DNA from: Candidatus Oxydemutator sp.
GTDB lineage: Bacteria > Pseudomonadota > Gammaproteobacteria > Poriferisulfidales > Oxydemutatoraceae
Length of the DNA stretch: 64,000 nt
Direction: 5' to 3'
NCBI GenBank assembly: GCA_965203445.1
Contig: OZ241883.1
Coordinates: 288,001-352,000 of the forward strand
Shown: piece after piece, positions 8,825-19,281 of the stretch
How positions within the stretch are numbered: position 1 is the first letter of the stretch
Layout: the number at the start of each line of letters is the position of its first letter
Translations under genes and position numbers: made by a program
The notes under the pieces: model-generated
Told to the model about the DNA's origin: nothing
The model's database searches: none
The model's input: the letters and a program-made list of their open reading frames with translations, nothing else

Positions 8825-11335
8825 TCAGAAAGAAAGCTTCAGGCTGGTGAAGTAAAACCCGCCGGTATAGGGGAAGGGCGCGGTGCGTCGGCTGTACGGG
8901 AAAATACCGCGGAAAGAATTGTCCGGGCAGACGCGCACTCTGTCAGGATCAGCCGGGCAGCCGGGCGCTCTCAGATTTATATTGCGCTCCGGCTTGGTGT
9001 CGAGCAGGTTGTTGGCGCCGATGGTCCAGTTGAAACGGTCGTCAAAATGGTACGTGTATTCGACGTCGGCGAGCCAGCGCGCGCCGTAGGTCTGGCGCAC
9101 CTCGTCCTGTTTGGAAGTGACGCTGCCGTAGCGGTTGACGCGCAGCGTAAGGTCATGGTCGCCGCGCTGGTAGCGCGCCGTGAATTGGTGGCTCTGGCTC
9201 GGATGGCCGGTCTCGATGTAGGCGGCCTCGACGTCGTTGAACAGCTCGACGCCCGCATCCAGTCCCGGCGGCGGCGCGGGGTCGCCGCTGACTTCGGCGT
9301 CGTTGACATTCATCGCCGCGCTCAGGTTCAGCGTCGCCCCGTCGGCGAACGGGTGCGCGTATTCGGCGACCACGTCGACGCCGCGCGTCAAGGTATCTAT
9401 CGCGTTGGTGAAAAACTGAAACTGGAGGCCGTCTATATTGGTGATGCCGTAGTCGGCCATCAGGACGTCGCCGACCCGGCCTCTCACCTCGGGGCGTATC
9501 TGGCCGCCCCTTATCCGGTTCGACAGCACGATGCGGTCGCGGATCTTGATCGCGTAGGCGTCCACCGACAGCGTGACGCGGTCGAAGGGATGCGCGACCA
9601 GGCCGAGGCTCAGGCTCTGCGAGTTTTCCTCCTCCAGCGCCTCGATGCCAAGCGCGCGCGCGAAGTTGCCGTCGTTGCGCGTCGTCAGCACCTCCCTGCC
9701 CACGTTCATGCCGGTGTCCCGATCGAAGTTGAACTGGGTGCTGATGTTGTCCAGATAGGTCTGCGCCAACCCCGGCGCGCGGAAACCCGACGAGATCGTC
9801 GCGCGCAGCGCCAGGCGCTCGGACAATTCGTAGCGCGCGGAGAGCTTGCCGTTGAGGTCGCTGCCGAAATCGCTGTAGTCCTCGTAGCGCAGCGCGGCGC
9901 CGACGCGCAGACGCTCGAGCGGCCACGTCTCGGTATCCACGTAGAAGGCGTGGTTGTGGCGGCTCTCGTCCACTTCGTTGTCGGGTCTGAAGCCCGGGAA
10001 CACCTGTATTCCGGGCGTGCCGGGCACGGCCGACGTCGTGGTCGGCTGGTTGGCCGCCAACACGCCGCCGTTTATCCACGACGCCTCCTCGCCGGCCTTG
10101 ATCTCGTAGCCGTCGCGGCGGTATTCGTAGCCGGCGGCGAGATGCAGCGGCTGCGCCAGCCCCAATTCTATCTGGCGCGTGGCGTCGAGGTTGAACGTCG
10201 TCTGCTCGAACACCATTTCGCCGGCGTCGGCGGCTCTCGGGCTGTCGTCGCCGAGCGACACGTTCAGCGAATTGGTGATGCGAAACTCGAACGTGTTTCG
10301 GCCGTGGGTGACGCCCGCGTCGACGTCCCACGCGCCGAGCGTCGTGCGCGCGCCCAGCGTCAGCGCATCGTCGTTCACGTCGGTGTTGATGAACGGCAGG
10401 AAACCATCCGGATATATCGCCGGACGGTTGCGGGCATCGAGCGCGCGGCGGTAGAAGCCGGCGGCCTTGGTGTCGCGCCGCGACAGCCCGCCGAAGGCGT
10501 AGAACGTGACGTCGCCTATCGGCAGTTCGGAATTGAAGAACAGATAGTCGTTGTCGGACTCGGCGTCGCCGAAGCGGTGGTTTTTGCGGTCGAAGGCGGC
10601 CTCGCGCCCGGTGCTCGTATCGCACGGACTGCTGTATTGACAGCGCGGGTCGTCGCCGGCGCGGTTGGTGCGGTTGCGGTCGCGGCGCTCCGCGGCAAGG
10701 TGGACAAAGCCGCCGTTGGCCAGCTCCAGTCCGGTGTTGAAGCTGTAGCGCCGCTGTGCGCCGTCGCCTTCGTAGGTCTCGCCGAAATAGGTGAACAGAT
10801 CGGTCGCCCCGGTGCCCCGTTTCAGCACGATGTTGATGATCCCGGCGATGGCGTCCGAACCGTACTGGGCCGCGGCGCCGTCGCGCAGCACTTCGATGCG
10901 CTCGATGGCGCTCGCCGGAATCGCGTTCAGGTCGGTGCCGGCGGAACCGCGACCGACCGAACCGTTGATGTGCACCAGCGCGCTGTTGTGGCGGCGTTTG
11001 CCGTTGATCAGCACGAGCACCTGGTCGGGATAGAGACCGCGCAGCGTCGCCGGGCGCACCGCGTCGGTGCCGTCGCTGATGGTGGACACCGAAAAATTGA
11101 ACGACGGGATCAACGTCTGGAGCAGGCGCGCGGTCTCGGTGATTCCGGTGCGCGCGATCTGGGCCCCGGTGATCACGTCCACCGGCGCCGAGGTGTCGCT
11201 TATCGTGCGCGCTTCGGCACGCGAACCGACGACGACCAGGCGCTCGACTTCGGCGGCCGTCGCGGTCACCGCAAACGCCGCCGCGCCCGCCAGTCCGGTA
11301 AGGACGGCGCGTATCCTGCGGATGAGGACGTGCAT
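8825..11335 (-). CDS. TonB-dependent outer-membrane receptor
   Basis: Signal peptide, TonB-box-like ERLVVVGSR, plug motifs LRGL...VLVLINGKR and IERIEVLRDGAAAQYGSDAIAGIINI, C-terminal Phe. Confidence 0.94.
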   Translation of the reverse strand: MHVLIRRIRAVLTGLAGAAAFAVTATAAEVERLVVVGSRAEARTISDTSAPVDVITGAQIARTGITETARLLQTLIPSFNFSVSTISDGTDAVRPATLRGLYPDQVLVLINGKRRHNSALVHINGSVGRGSAGTDLNAIPASAIERIEVLRDGAAAQYGSDAIAGIINIVLKRGTGATDLFTYFGETYEGDGAQRRYSFNTGLELANGGFVHLAAERRDRNRTNRAGDDPRCQYSSPCDTSTGREAAFDRKNHRFGDAESDNDYLFFNSELPIGDVTFYAFGGLSRRDTKAAGFYRRALDARNRPAIYPDGFLPFINTDVNDDALTLGARTTLGAWDVDAGVTHGRNTFEFRITNSLNVSLGDDSPRAADAGEMVFEQTTFNLDATRQIELGLAQPLHLAAGYEYRRDGYEIKAGEEASWINGGVLAANQPTTTSAVPGTPGIQVFPGFRPDNEVDESRHNHAFYVDTETWPLERLRVGAALRYEDYSDFGSDLNGKLSARYELSERLALRATISSGFRAPGLAQTYLDNISTQFNFDRDTGMNVGREVLTTRNDGNFARALGIEALEEENSQSLSLGLVAHPFDRVTLSVDAYAIKIRDRIVLSNRIRGGQIRPEVRGRVGDVLMADYGITNIDGLQFQFFTNAIDTLTRGVDVVAEYAHPFADGATLNLSAAMNVNDAEVSGDPAPPPGLDAGVELFNDVEAAYIETGHPSQSHQFTARYQRGDHDLTLRVNRYGSVTSKQDEVRQTYGARWLADVEYTYHFDDRFNWTIGANNLLDTKPERNINLRAPGCPADPDRVRVCPDNSFRGIFPYSRRTAPFPYTGGFYFTSLKLSF

Positions 11336-11438
11336 AAAAATGATTATATCAACCGCCGACCCTTTGACGAAGCGCGGTTGCGCCCCGCCGGTAATTTGTT
11401 AAAATCAATAAACGATCCAAAAATAATCGTTTTTTCTT

Positions 11439-12344
11439 ATGACGAGACAACCGACGCTGCGCCAGCTGGGCTTTTTGATCAGCCTCGACGAACACCTGCA
11501 TTTTGGCAGAGCGGCGCAGGCGTGCTTTGTGTCGCAATCCACTTTCAGCCTGGCGATCAAGGAACTCGAATCGCTGCTCGGCGCGAAGCTGGTGGATCGC
11601 AACAGTCGGAGGGTGTTGTTCACACCGTTCGGCAAGGACGTGGTCGAGCAGGCGCGCGCGGTGTTGCGCGAGACCGACCGCCTGGTCGAGATCGCAAGCC
11701 GCGGCAAGGAACCGTTCACCGGGCGCCTGCGCCTCGGCGTGATTCCGACCATCGCGCCGTTCGCGCTGCCGGAGATGCTGCCGGACGTCCGCCGTCGCTG
11801 GCCGAAACTGCGGTTGTCGATCCGCGAGGACCTGACGGTGCGGCTGCACGAGGCACTGATCGCCGGTCATCTCGACCTGATCCTGATAGCGTTGCCGTTC
11901 GACCTGAAGGGCGTCGAGACGCTGGTGTTGTTTCGGGATCGTTTCAAACTTGCCTATCGCAAAGGCACGCGGCTTTTCGACCCGCGTCGCTACGACGAGG
12001 AGCAACTGCCCGACGGCAGTATCCTGCTGCTCGAGGACGGGCACTGCTTGCGCAACCAGGCGCTGTCGGCCTGCCGCGTCGAGAACGTGGACAAGATCAG
12101 CCCGTACAGCGCGAGCAGTCTCTACACGCTGGTGCAGATGGTCAACAACGATCTCGGCGTCACGTTCGTGCCGGAGATGGCGTGCAGCGGACGGCTGCTG
12201 GTGCGCACCAGCGTCGAGGTGGTGGACATGCCGCGCGCCGCGTACCGCGAGATCGGCTTCGCGTGGCGCCAGGGCACGGTGCGCGCCCCCGAATACCGAG
12301 ACTTCAGCGCCGCCTTTCAAAAACTCGATCCGGCGAACGCATGA
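11439..12344 (+). CDS. oxyR: Hydrogen peroxide-inducible LysR regulator OxyR
   Basis: LysR HTH (HFGRAAQACFVSQSTFS); redox motif LLEDGHCLRNQALSAC with the C-x8-C pair. Confidence 0.88.
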   Translation: MTRQPTLRQLGFLISLDEHLHFGRAAQACFVSQSTFSLAIKELESLLGAKLVDRNSRRVLFTPFGKDVVEQARAVLRETDRLVEIASRGKEPFTGRLRLGVIPTIAPFALPEMLPDVRRRWPKLRLSIREDLTVRLHEALIAGHLDLILIALPFDLKGVETLVLFRDRFKLAYRKGTRLFDPRRYDEEQLPDGSILLLEDGHCLRNQALSACRVENVDKISPYSASSLYTLVQMVNNDLGVTFVPEMACSGRLLVRTSVEVVDMPRAAYREIGFAWRQGTVRAPEYRDFSAAFQKLDPANA

Positions 12345-12387
12345 GCACGCATCGCGGCACCCGGCCGCGCCCGCCCCGCCCCGCCTC

Positions 12388-13968
12388 GTGACCACGCCGA
12401 CCGACGCCGCCGCGCGACGCTCGCCGAGGCGCCCACTCAGGCGCGCACTGCTAAGCGTGTCCGACAAAACCGGCGTCGTAGATTTCGCGCGCGCGCTGCG
12501 CACCGCCGGCGTCGAGATATTGTCCACCGGCGGCACCGCGCGCGCGCTCGCCGCGGGCGGCGTCGAAGTACGCGACGTATCGGACTACACCGGCTTCCCG
12601 GAGATCATGGACGGGCGCGTCAAGACGCTGCATCCGCGCGTTCACGGCGGCCTGCTCGCGCGGCGCGACGCCGACGCCGCGGCCATGCGCGAATACGGTA
12701 TCGCCGGCATAGATCTGCTCGCGGTCAACCTCTACCCATTCGCGCAAACCGTCGCACGCGCCGACTGCACGACCGAGGAGGCAATCGAGAGCATAGACGT
12801 GGGCGGCCCGGCGATGATCCGGGCGGCGGCAAAAAATTACCGCCACGTCACGGTCGTCGTGGATCCGGCGGATTACGCCGAGATTGCCGAGACAATCGGC
12901 GGCGGCGGCGACGTCGCCGACGACCGGCGCTTCGCGTTGGCGACAAAGGCTTTCGAACACACCGCGGCCTACGACCGGATGATCGGCGGCTGGTTTGCCG
13001 CACGCACCGCGCCGGAGGAAGATGAGCTGCCGAAAACCTGGGGCGGTTTCGCGCGCACGGCGGCGCTGCGCTACGGCGAGAACCCCCACCAGCGGGCCGC
13101 GCTCTACGGTGACGGCGGCCCGTGCAGCGCGCGCCGGTTGCAGGGCAAGCCGATGTCGTTCAACAATTATCTGGACGCCGACGCCGCGTGCCGCACGCTG
13201 CGCGAGTTCGGCGAAACACCCGCCTGCGTCATCGTCAAACACGCCAACCCGTGCGCCGCCGCATGCGCGGACGACGCCGGCGAGGCCTACGCGCGCGCCC
13301 ACGCCGCCGATCCGTTGTCGGCCTTCGGCGGCGTCATCGCGCTGAACCGCGCACTCGACGAGGCCACCGCGCGCGCCGTCGTCACGACGCAGTTCGTCGA
13401 GGTTATCGCGGTGCCCGAGGCGCACCCCGGCGCGTTGCGGGTGCTGGCTGCCAAACCCGGGGTGCGCCTGCTGGCGTACCGCGACGACGCGCGCGACGGC
13501 GTGCTCGCCGTCAAGAGCATACGCGGCGGCTTACTGGTGCAGCAGGAGGACGAGGCGCGCGTCGAGGCGGGCGACCTGCAAACGGTGACCCGGCGCAAAC
13601 CGAACGCCGCCGAGATCGCGGACCTGCTGTTCGCGTGGCGCGTGGCCAGGCACGTGCACTCGAACGCAATCGTCTGCGCCGCCGGAATGCGCACCGTGGG
13701 CATCGGCGGCGGCCAGACGAGCCGCGTGGACGCGGTGCAAATCGCGCTGCACAAGGCCGCGCGCTGCGGCCATACGCTCGCCGGCGCGGCCATGGCGTCG
13801 GACGGATTCTTCCCGTTCGCCGACGCCGTCGCGCGCGCGCACGAGGCCGGCGTCGCGGCGGTCATCCAACCCGGTGGTTCGATGCACGACGCCGACGTGA
13901 TCGCCGCCGCCGACGAACGCGGCATCGCGATGGTGTTGACCGGCGTGCGCCATTTTCGGCACGGGTGA
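12388..13968 (+). CDS. purH: Bifunctional AICAR transformylase/IMP cyclohydrolase
   Basis: RALLSVSDKTG, GRVKTLHP, IDVGGPAMIRAAAKN, LRYGENPHQ, ASDGFFPF, GVRHFRH. The GTG start at 12388 is approximate. Confidence 0.95.
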   Translation: MTTPTDAAARRSPRRPLRRALLSVSDKTGVVDFARALRTAGVEILSTGGTARALAAGGVEVRDVSDYTGFPEIMDGRVKTLHPRVHGGLLARRDADAAAMREYGIAGIDLLAVNLYPFAQTVARADCTTEEAIESIDVGGPAMIRAAAKNYRHVTVVVDPADYAEIAETIGGGGDVADDRRFALATKAFEHTAAYDRMIGGWFAARTAPEEDELPKTWGGFARTAALRYGENPHQRAALYGDGGPCSARRLQGKPMSFNNYLDADAACRTLREFGETPACVIVKHANPCAAACADDAGEAYARAHAADPLSAFGGVIALNRALDEATARAVVTTQFVEVIAVPEAHPGALRVLAAKPGVRLLAYRDDARDGVLAVKSIRGGLLVQQEDEARVEAGDLQTVTRRKPNAAEIADLLFAWRVARHVHSNAIVCAAGMRTVGIGGGQTSRVDAVQIALHKAARCGHTLAGAAMASDGFFPFADAVARAHEAGVAAVIQPGGSMHDADVIAAADERGIAMVLTGVRHFRHG

Positions 13969-13972
13969 CGGC

Positions 13973-15265
13973 GTGGACGCGCTGATCGTCGGCGGCGGCG
14001 GCCGCGAGCACGCGCTGGCGTGGAAAATGGCGCAGAGTCCGCTGGCCGGCAAGATATACGTGGCGCCGGGCAACGCCGGCACGGCCCTGGAGGACGGCGT
14101 CGTCAACGTCGCAATCGCGGCGGACGACCTGGACCGGTTGTGCGCGTTCGCGCGCGAGCGCGGCGTCGGGGTCACCGTGGTTGGTCCGGAGGCGCCGCTG
14201 GCGGCGGGTATCGTGGATTGCTTCCGCGAGCACGGGCTTGCCGTCGTCGGCCCAACGCGCGCCGCCGCCAGGCTCGAATCGTCCAAGGTCTTCTGCAAAG
14301 ACTTCCTGCGCCGGCACGCCGTCCCGACCGCCGACTACCGCGTCTTCGACGACGCGCGCGCGGCGCGCGCGCACCTGCGCGCGTGTCCGCTGCCGGTCGT
14401 CGTCAAGGCCGACGGCCTGGCCGCCGGCAAGGGCGTCGTCGTCGCCCGCGCCCGCGACCACGCGTTGCGCGCCGCCGACGCGATGCTGTCGGGCGAGCGT
14501 TTCGGCGGCGCCGGGCGCCGCATCGTCGTCGAGGATTTTGTCGCGGGCGAAGAGGCGAGCTTCATTTGCCTGTGCGACGGCGAAACGCTGCTGCCGTTCG
14601 CCGCGTCGCAGGATCACAAGGCGCGCGACGAAGGCGGCGCCGGCCCCAACACCGGCGGCATGGGCGCGTATTCACCGACGCCCGTGGTCACCGACGACGT
14701 ACGCGAGCGCGTGCTGCGCGACGTCGTGCGCCCGACGCTCGCCGGCCTGGCCGCCGACGGCGTCGCGTTCACCGGCTTTCTGTACGCCGGCCTGATGGTG
14801 AACGCGACCGGCGATGCGCGCGTGCTCGAGTTCAACTGCCGCCTGGGCGACCCCGAGACGCAGCCGCTGTTGATGCGCCTGCGCTCGGATCTGCTCGAAT
14901 TGTGCGCCGCGGCCGCCAGCGGACGCCTGCAAGAGAGCGCGCCCGAGTGGGACAAACGCGCCGCGTTGGGCGTCGTGCTCGCCGCCGCGGGCTATCCCGA
15001 CGCCTATGAAACGGGGCACGCCATCGAGGGGCTGGATCGCGTGCCGCACGATACGAAGGTCTTTCACGCCGGCACCAGACGCAACGGCGCCTCGGTCGAG
15101 ACCGCCGGCGGGCGCGTGCTGTGCGTAACCGCGCTCGGCGACGAAGTCGCCGAAGCGCGCAAACGCGCCTACCGCGCGTGCGCCGAAATCAGCTGGCCGG
15201 GAATGTTCTTTCGTCGCGACGTCGGACAACGGGCAGCCGACCGCGACCACCCTGCGGGCGAATAG
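13973..15265 (+). CDS. purD: Phosphoribosylamine-glycine ligase
   Basis: GGGGREHAL, KADGLAAGKGV, GPNTGGMGAY, EFNCRLGDPETQ. Confidence 0.97.
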   Translation: MDALIVGGGGREHALAWKMAQSPLAGKIYVAPGNAGTALEDGVVNVAIAADDLDRLCAFARERGVGVTVVGPEAPLAAGIVDCFREHGLAVVGPTRAAARLESSKVFCKDFLRRHAVPTADYRVFDDARAARAHLRACPLPVVVKADGLAAGKGVVVARARDHALRAADAMLSGERFGGAGRRIVVEDFVAGEEASFICLCDGETLLPFAASQDHKARDEGGAGPNTGGMGAYSPTPVVTDDVRERVLRDVVRPTLAGLAADGVAFTGFLYAGLMVNATGDARVLEFNCRLGDPETQPLLMRLRSDLLELCAAAASGRLQESAPEWDKRAALGVVLAAAGYPDAYETGHAIEGLDRVPHDTKVFHAGTRRNGASVETAGGRVLCVTALGDEVAEARKRAYRACAEISWPGMFFRRDVGQRAADRDHPAGE

Positions 15266-15355
15266 ACAAGAGCATTGGGAGAAACGGCGTTGCCGCCGGC
15301 TTTTCTACCGGGTTCCCGAAGGGAGCGCGGCGTTGACGGAGCGGACGGGGCGCGC

Positions 15356-16615
15356 TCAGCCCTTCTTCATCGCCTCAAAGAAGGCGTCGTTGCTCTTGGT
15401 GGCCTTCATCCGCGTCAGCAGGAACTCGACCGCTTCCGGCTCGTCCATCGAGTCGAGGAACTTGCGCAGGATCCATATTTTCTGGAGTTCGTCCGGGTCT
15501 ATCAACAGTTCCTCGCGGCGCGTGCCGGAACGCTTGATGTTGATCGCGGGATAGATGCGCCGTTCGGCGATTCTGCGGTCCAGGTGTATCTCCATGTTGC
15601 CGGTACCCTTGAACTCCTCGTAGATGACCTCGTCCATCTTCGAGCCGGTGTCTATCAGCGCCGTCGCCAAAATGCTGAGGCTGCCGGTACCGTCCACGTT
15701 GCGCGCGGCGCCGAAGAAGCGCTTCGGACGGTGCAGCGCGTTGGCGTCGACGCCGCCGGTCAGCACCTTGCCCGACGACGGCGCCACCGTGTTGTGCGCG
15801 CGCGCAAGCCGCGTGATCGAGTCGAGCAGGATGACGACGTCGCGCTTGTGCTCGACCAGCCGCTTGGCCTTCTCGATGGCCATGTTGGCGACCTGCACGT
15901 GGCGGTGGGCGGGCTCGTCGAAGGTGCTCGAGATGACCTCGCCGCGCACCATGCGCTGCATTTCGGTGACCTCCTCGGGACGCTCGTCTATCAGCAGCAC
16001 CATCAGATACACGTCGGGGAAGTTGGCGGCGATGCTCTGCGCGATGTTTTGCAGCATGATGGTCTTGCCGGCCTTCGGCGGCGACACGATCAGGCCGCGC
16101 TGCCCTTTGCCTATCGGCGCGACGATGTCTATGATGCGCGCGGTGATGTCCTCGGAGCTGCCGTTGCCGCGCTCGAGGCGCAGGTGGTCGTCGGCGTGCA
16201 GCGGCGTCAGGTTCTCGAACAACACTTTGTTGTGGGTCTGATCCGGCGCCTCCATGTTGATGGTCTCGACCTTGAGCAGCGCGAAGTAACGCTCGCTTTC
16301 CTTCGGCGGGCGGATCTTGCCGGTGATGGTGTCGCCGGTTCTCAGTGAAAAACGGCGGATCTGGCTCGGCGACACGTAGATGTCGTCGGGGCCGGCCAGG
16401 TAGGAGCAGTCCGCCGAACGCAGGAAGCCGAAGCTGTCCGGCAGGATCTCGAGCGTGCCCTCGCTGTAGATGTCCTCCCGGTTGCGCGCCGTGGTCTTCA
16501 GGATCGAGAAGATGATGTCCTGGCGCTTGGCGCGCGACACGTTCTCGATGCCGAGCGATTCGGCCATCATGCTCAGCTCGGCGGCCGGTTTTCTTTTGAG
16601 TTCGGGGATGTTCAT
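15356..16615 (-). CDS. rho: Transcription termination factor Rho
   Basis: Start MNIPELK at 16615. [46 protein letters not shown]. Confidence 0.98.
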   Translation of the reverse strand: MNIPELKRKPAAELSMMAESLGIENVSRAKRQDIIFSILKTTARNREDIYSEGTLEILPDSFGFLRSADCSYLAGPDDIYVSPSQIRRFSLRTGDTITGKIRPPKESERYFALLKVETINMEAPDQTHNKVLFENLTPLHADDHLRLERGNGSSEDITARIIDIVAPIGKGQRGLIVSPPKAGKTIMLQNIAQSIAANFPDVYLMVLLIDERPEEVTEMQRMVRGEVISSTFDEPAHRHVQVANMAIEKAKRLVEHKRDVVILLDSITRLARAHNTVAPSSGKVLTGGVDANALHRPKRFFGAARNVDGTGSLSILATALIDTGSKMDEVIYEEFKGTGNMEIHLDRRIAERRIYPAINIKRSGTRREELLIDPDELQKIWILRKFLDSMDEPEAVEFLLTRMKATKSNDAFFEAMKKG

Positions 16616-16825
16616 AGATAAAGACTCTTGAGTTCTGGTTCCGGCTCGTCGCCGGAAGGGTCCAGGTCCGGGGAAATCCCTGGTCGAGTAAGCCCGTGGC
16701 GGAGGAAGGGGCGGCATCCTTGCCGGCAAATTTTCAGTCGCTTGTCGTGCCTCCGCGAAACTACCGGGTCGTGGCCGGGCCGGATGCGTGTGGACGCATT
16801 GTCGGCAATTTACCGGCGCTGTCAA
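16616..16825 (-). promoter_or_regulatory. Putative rho promoter (TTGACA-N16-GACAAT) and ~175-nt 5' leader
   Basis: Minus-strand TTGACA at 16825-16820 and GACAAT at 16803-16798. A long leader fits the known Rho autoregulation by attenuation. Confidence 0.45.
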
Positions 16826-16865
16826 GTCGGTGTACGGGCGACCGCGTCCGCGCGCTGGCCCCGCG

Positions 16866-17198
16866 TCACAGGAGCTGGTCTATAAAAGCCGTCAACTGTG
16901 AGCGCGTCAGTGTACCCACCTTGGTGCTCTCGACGTTGCCGTTCTTGAACAGCAACAGCGTCGGGATGCCACGGATACCATAGCGCGCGGGCGCCTCCGG
17001 ATTGGCGTCCACGTCGAGCTTGACGATTTTCAAGCGCTCCTTGTATTCGGGGGCGATTTCCTCGAGCAGCGGCCCGACCATCTTGCACGGCCCGCACCAC
17101 TCGGCCCAAAAATCAACCAGCACCGGTATCTTCGAGTCGAGAACCTCGCTCTGAAAACCGGCGTCGCTGGTATCGCTGACGTGCGCGCTTGTAGCCAT
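16866..17198 (-). CDS. trxA: Thioredoxin
   Basis: [14 protein letters not shown]; trxA-rho synteny. Confidence 0.97.
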   Translation of the reverse strand: MATSAHVSDTSDAGFQSEVLDSKIPVLVDFWAEWCGPCKMVGPLLEEIAPEYKERLKIVKLDVDANPEAPARYGIRGIPTLLLFKNGNVESTKVGTLTRSQLTAFIDQLL

Positions 17199-17237
17199 CG
17201 TTGTTCTATAGTATATGAAATTTCGGACGCAAATGGT

Positions 17238-18080
17238 ATGCCCGCAACATTTCTTTTCCTGGCGGCGATTGCCGCGGCACCGGCAGCCGCCGCCGACGCG
17301 GCCGACGCCGCGCGGGCGTGCCGGCTGATCGGCGGCAAACTGTCCTCGATCGCGATCGAGGAATGTCTCGACAGGCGGCTCGTCGCGAGCGGCTTTTACA
17401 CCTCGGGCGGTCTGCCGATCCTGTACAAGGAATACCCGCCGCTGGACAAACGCCGTCCGCTCGCGCGCGTGCTGTTGATCGGCGGTACGCACGGCGACGA
17501 GTACGCGTCGTTCAGCGTGACCCTCAAATGGATGAAGATACTGGACCGCCACCACTCGGGCCTGTTCCACTGGCACGTCGCGCCGGCCGTCAACCTCGAC
17601 GGCCTGCTCGAAAGTCCGGCGGTGCGCGTCAACGGCGGCGGCGCCGACTTGAACCGCAACCTTGCGAGCGCCGACTGGGACGGCGAGGCTTTGTCCTACT
17701 GGCGGGAACGCCACGGCGCCGACCCGCGCCGCTATCCCGGCGCCGCCGCCGGCAGCGAAAACGAGTCGCGCTGGCTGGCGCACGAGATCGAGTCGTTTCG
17801 ACCGGACGTGATCGTCTCGGTGCACGCGCCGTACGGGATCGTTGATTACGACGGCCCGGCGACGGTCGCGCCGCCGGCGCGCCTCGGGCCGCTGCCGTTT
17901 CTCGACCTGCCGACCTTCCCCGGATCGCTCGGCCGTTACGCCGGCGAGGATCGCGCGATCCCGGTGCTGACCATCGAGCTGGCGTCGTCGAGACACATGC
18001 CGAGCGACCGCGACCTGCGGACGATCTGGACTGATCTGGTGCGCTGGTTGCGCGAAGGCGTCGGCGCGCGCGCGAGATAA
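17238..18080 (+). CDS. M14-family zinc carboxypeptidase (MpaA-like murein peptide amidase) with signal peptide
   Basis: GGTHGDE (HxxE), NLDG, DLNRN, SVHAP, LTIEL; hydrophobic N-terminus. Confidence 0.82.
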   Translation: MPATFLFLAAIAAAPAAAADAADAARACRLIGGKLSSIAIEECLDRRLVASGFYTSGGLPILYKEYPPLDKRRPLARVLLIGGTHGDEYASFSVTLKWMKILDRHHSGLFHWHVAPAVNLDGLLESPAVRVNGGGADLNRNLASADWDGEALSYWRERHGADPRRYPGAAAGSENESRWLAHEIESFRPDVIVSVHAPYGIVDYDGPATVAPPARLGPLPFLDLPTFPGSLGRYAGEDRAIPVLTIELASSRHMPSDRDLRTIWTDLVRWLREGVGARAR

Positions 18081-18108
18081 CGTAGGAATCAGGACGCCGC
18101 GGCGGCGC

Positions 18109-19281
18109 TCACGTGCGCCCCTCGAACACGATTTTCCAAACACCGTCCTCGATCTTCCAGAATTGCTGCTTGCGGTAGGCGACGTTGTAGTTGTTGCTGC
18201 GGTAATCCTGATCGAAGCGCGCCACGACCAGCTCCGGGTCGCGCGAGTAGAGCAGCAGATCCACGTCGCTGACGCCGACCGTAACGAAAGTCTTGGCGCG
18301 CGCGTTGCGCCGCACGCGCGCCTCCAGCTCGCGGTAATCCTCCCTGCGATCGCGGTAGTCGCGCGAGTAGTGCGACAGGTATTTGCCGGTGTCGAGACTC
18401 TGCCAGTCGCCGCGCCAGCGTCCGATGACGTCGAGCAATTCTCGTTGCCGGCGCCGCCACGCGGCCGGCTCCAGCCAGACGACGTCGTCGGCCAGCACCA
18501 CCGGCAGACCCGCTATTCTCGTCCGCCGCCGCAACTGCCGCACCACTTCGTTGCTGGCGACGACGCAACCGCGGCTGGTGCGCGGCGGACGGCTGTAGGT
18601 GACGCGCGGCACGCCGTGCAGCCAGATGCCGTGGCCGCTGCGGTGCCAAAGGCGATCCCAGGCGTTCGGGTAGTCGAGCGGATAGGCGCCGGCGCCGTAG
18701 AACTCGGCCAGCCGCCCGTCATGGATGTCGTGGGTGATTTTATAGACGCCGGTAGGCGTGCGTTTGTCCCCCTCGCTGCGCTTGTCCATGCCGCCCTTGC
18801 CGTGGGCGGCGTAGTAATCGGCGACCAGCGACGGCGTCTCGCCGGCGTTCTCGAACAGGTAGAGGCGCGAGCGCGCGGCGTCGAAGAGCAGCGCGTGGCG
18901 GTGGCGCGCGGACAGCCGCAGTATGTTGGCCGGCAGTTTGTCCGCGGGCGCCAAGCGGTGGCGCATCCGCGCCTTCGCCTCGTCCAGCAAATCGGCGACC
19001 CGAGTCTTGGCGCCGGCCTCCGGGCGCGGCAGCAGCGCCGGCTGCCCGGCGCGCACCGCCAGCAGATCGGCACGCAACATCGCCGCGATCCCGAAGTTCG
19101 GATGGCGCCGCAAGACGTCGTCCAGTTCCTCGAGCGACCGTTGCGGCCGCGCCGACGCCAACGCCTGCAACGCCGACCCGAAACGCACCTCGGCCGCTTC
19201 CCTTTCCACGCCCGTGGCCGGTGCCCCCGCGAGCGCCCACGCGCAGACGAGCAGCGTCGTTTTTGCAAGCCGATTTTTCAT
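18109..19281 (-). CDS. L,D-transpeptidase (YkuD) family protein with C-terminal NTF2-like domain
   Basis: KRSEGDKRTPTGVY and GIWLHG...TSRGCV catalytic His/Cys; W...WQSLD...YLSHYS...WKIVFE tail. Confidence 0.88.
   Translation of the reverse strand: MKNRLAKTTLLVCAWALAGAPATGVEREAAEVRFGSALQALASARPQRSLEELDDVLRRHPNFGIAAMLRADLLAVRAGQPALLPRPEAGAKTRVADLLDEAKARMRHRLAPADKLPANILRLSARHRHALLFDAARSRLYLFENAGETPSLVADYYAAHGKGGMDKRSEGDKRTPTGVYKITHDIHDGRLAEFYGAGAYPLDYPNAWDRLWHRSGHGIWLHGVPRVTYSRPPRTSRGCVVASNEVVRQLRRRTRIAGLPVVLADDVVWLEPAAWRRRQRELLDVIGRWRGDWQSLDTGKYLSHYSRDYRDRREDYRELEARVRRNARAKTFVTVGVSDVDLLLYSRDPELVVARFDQDYRSNNYNVAYRKQQFWKIEDGVWKIVFEGRT

Noticed and set aside
8807-12391. 1194-aa plus-strand ORF, and similar long ORFs at 3134-5116, 29017-31197 and 59199-61289
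   Set aside because: Antisense or alternate-frame shadows of well-supported genes, as expected in high-GC DNA. Arg/Ala-rich with no motifs.
16616-16825. Rho with a 70-aa N-terminal extension
   Set aside because: Canonical Rho starts at MNIPELK (16615). The upstream TTG is part of a TTGACA -35 box.
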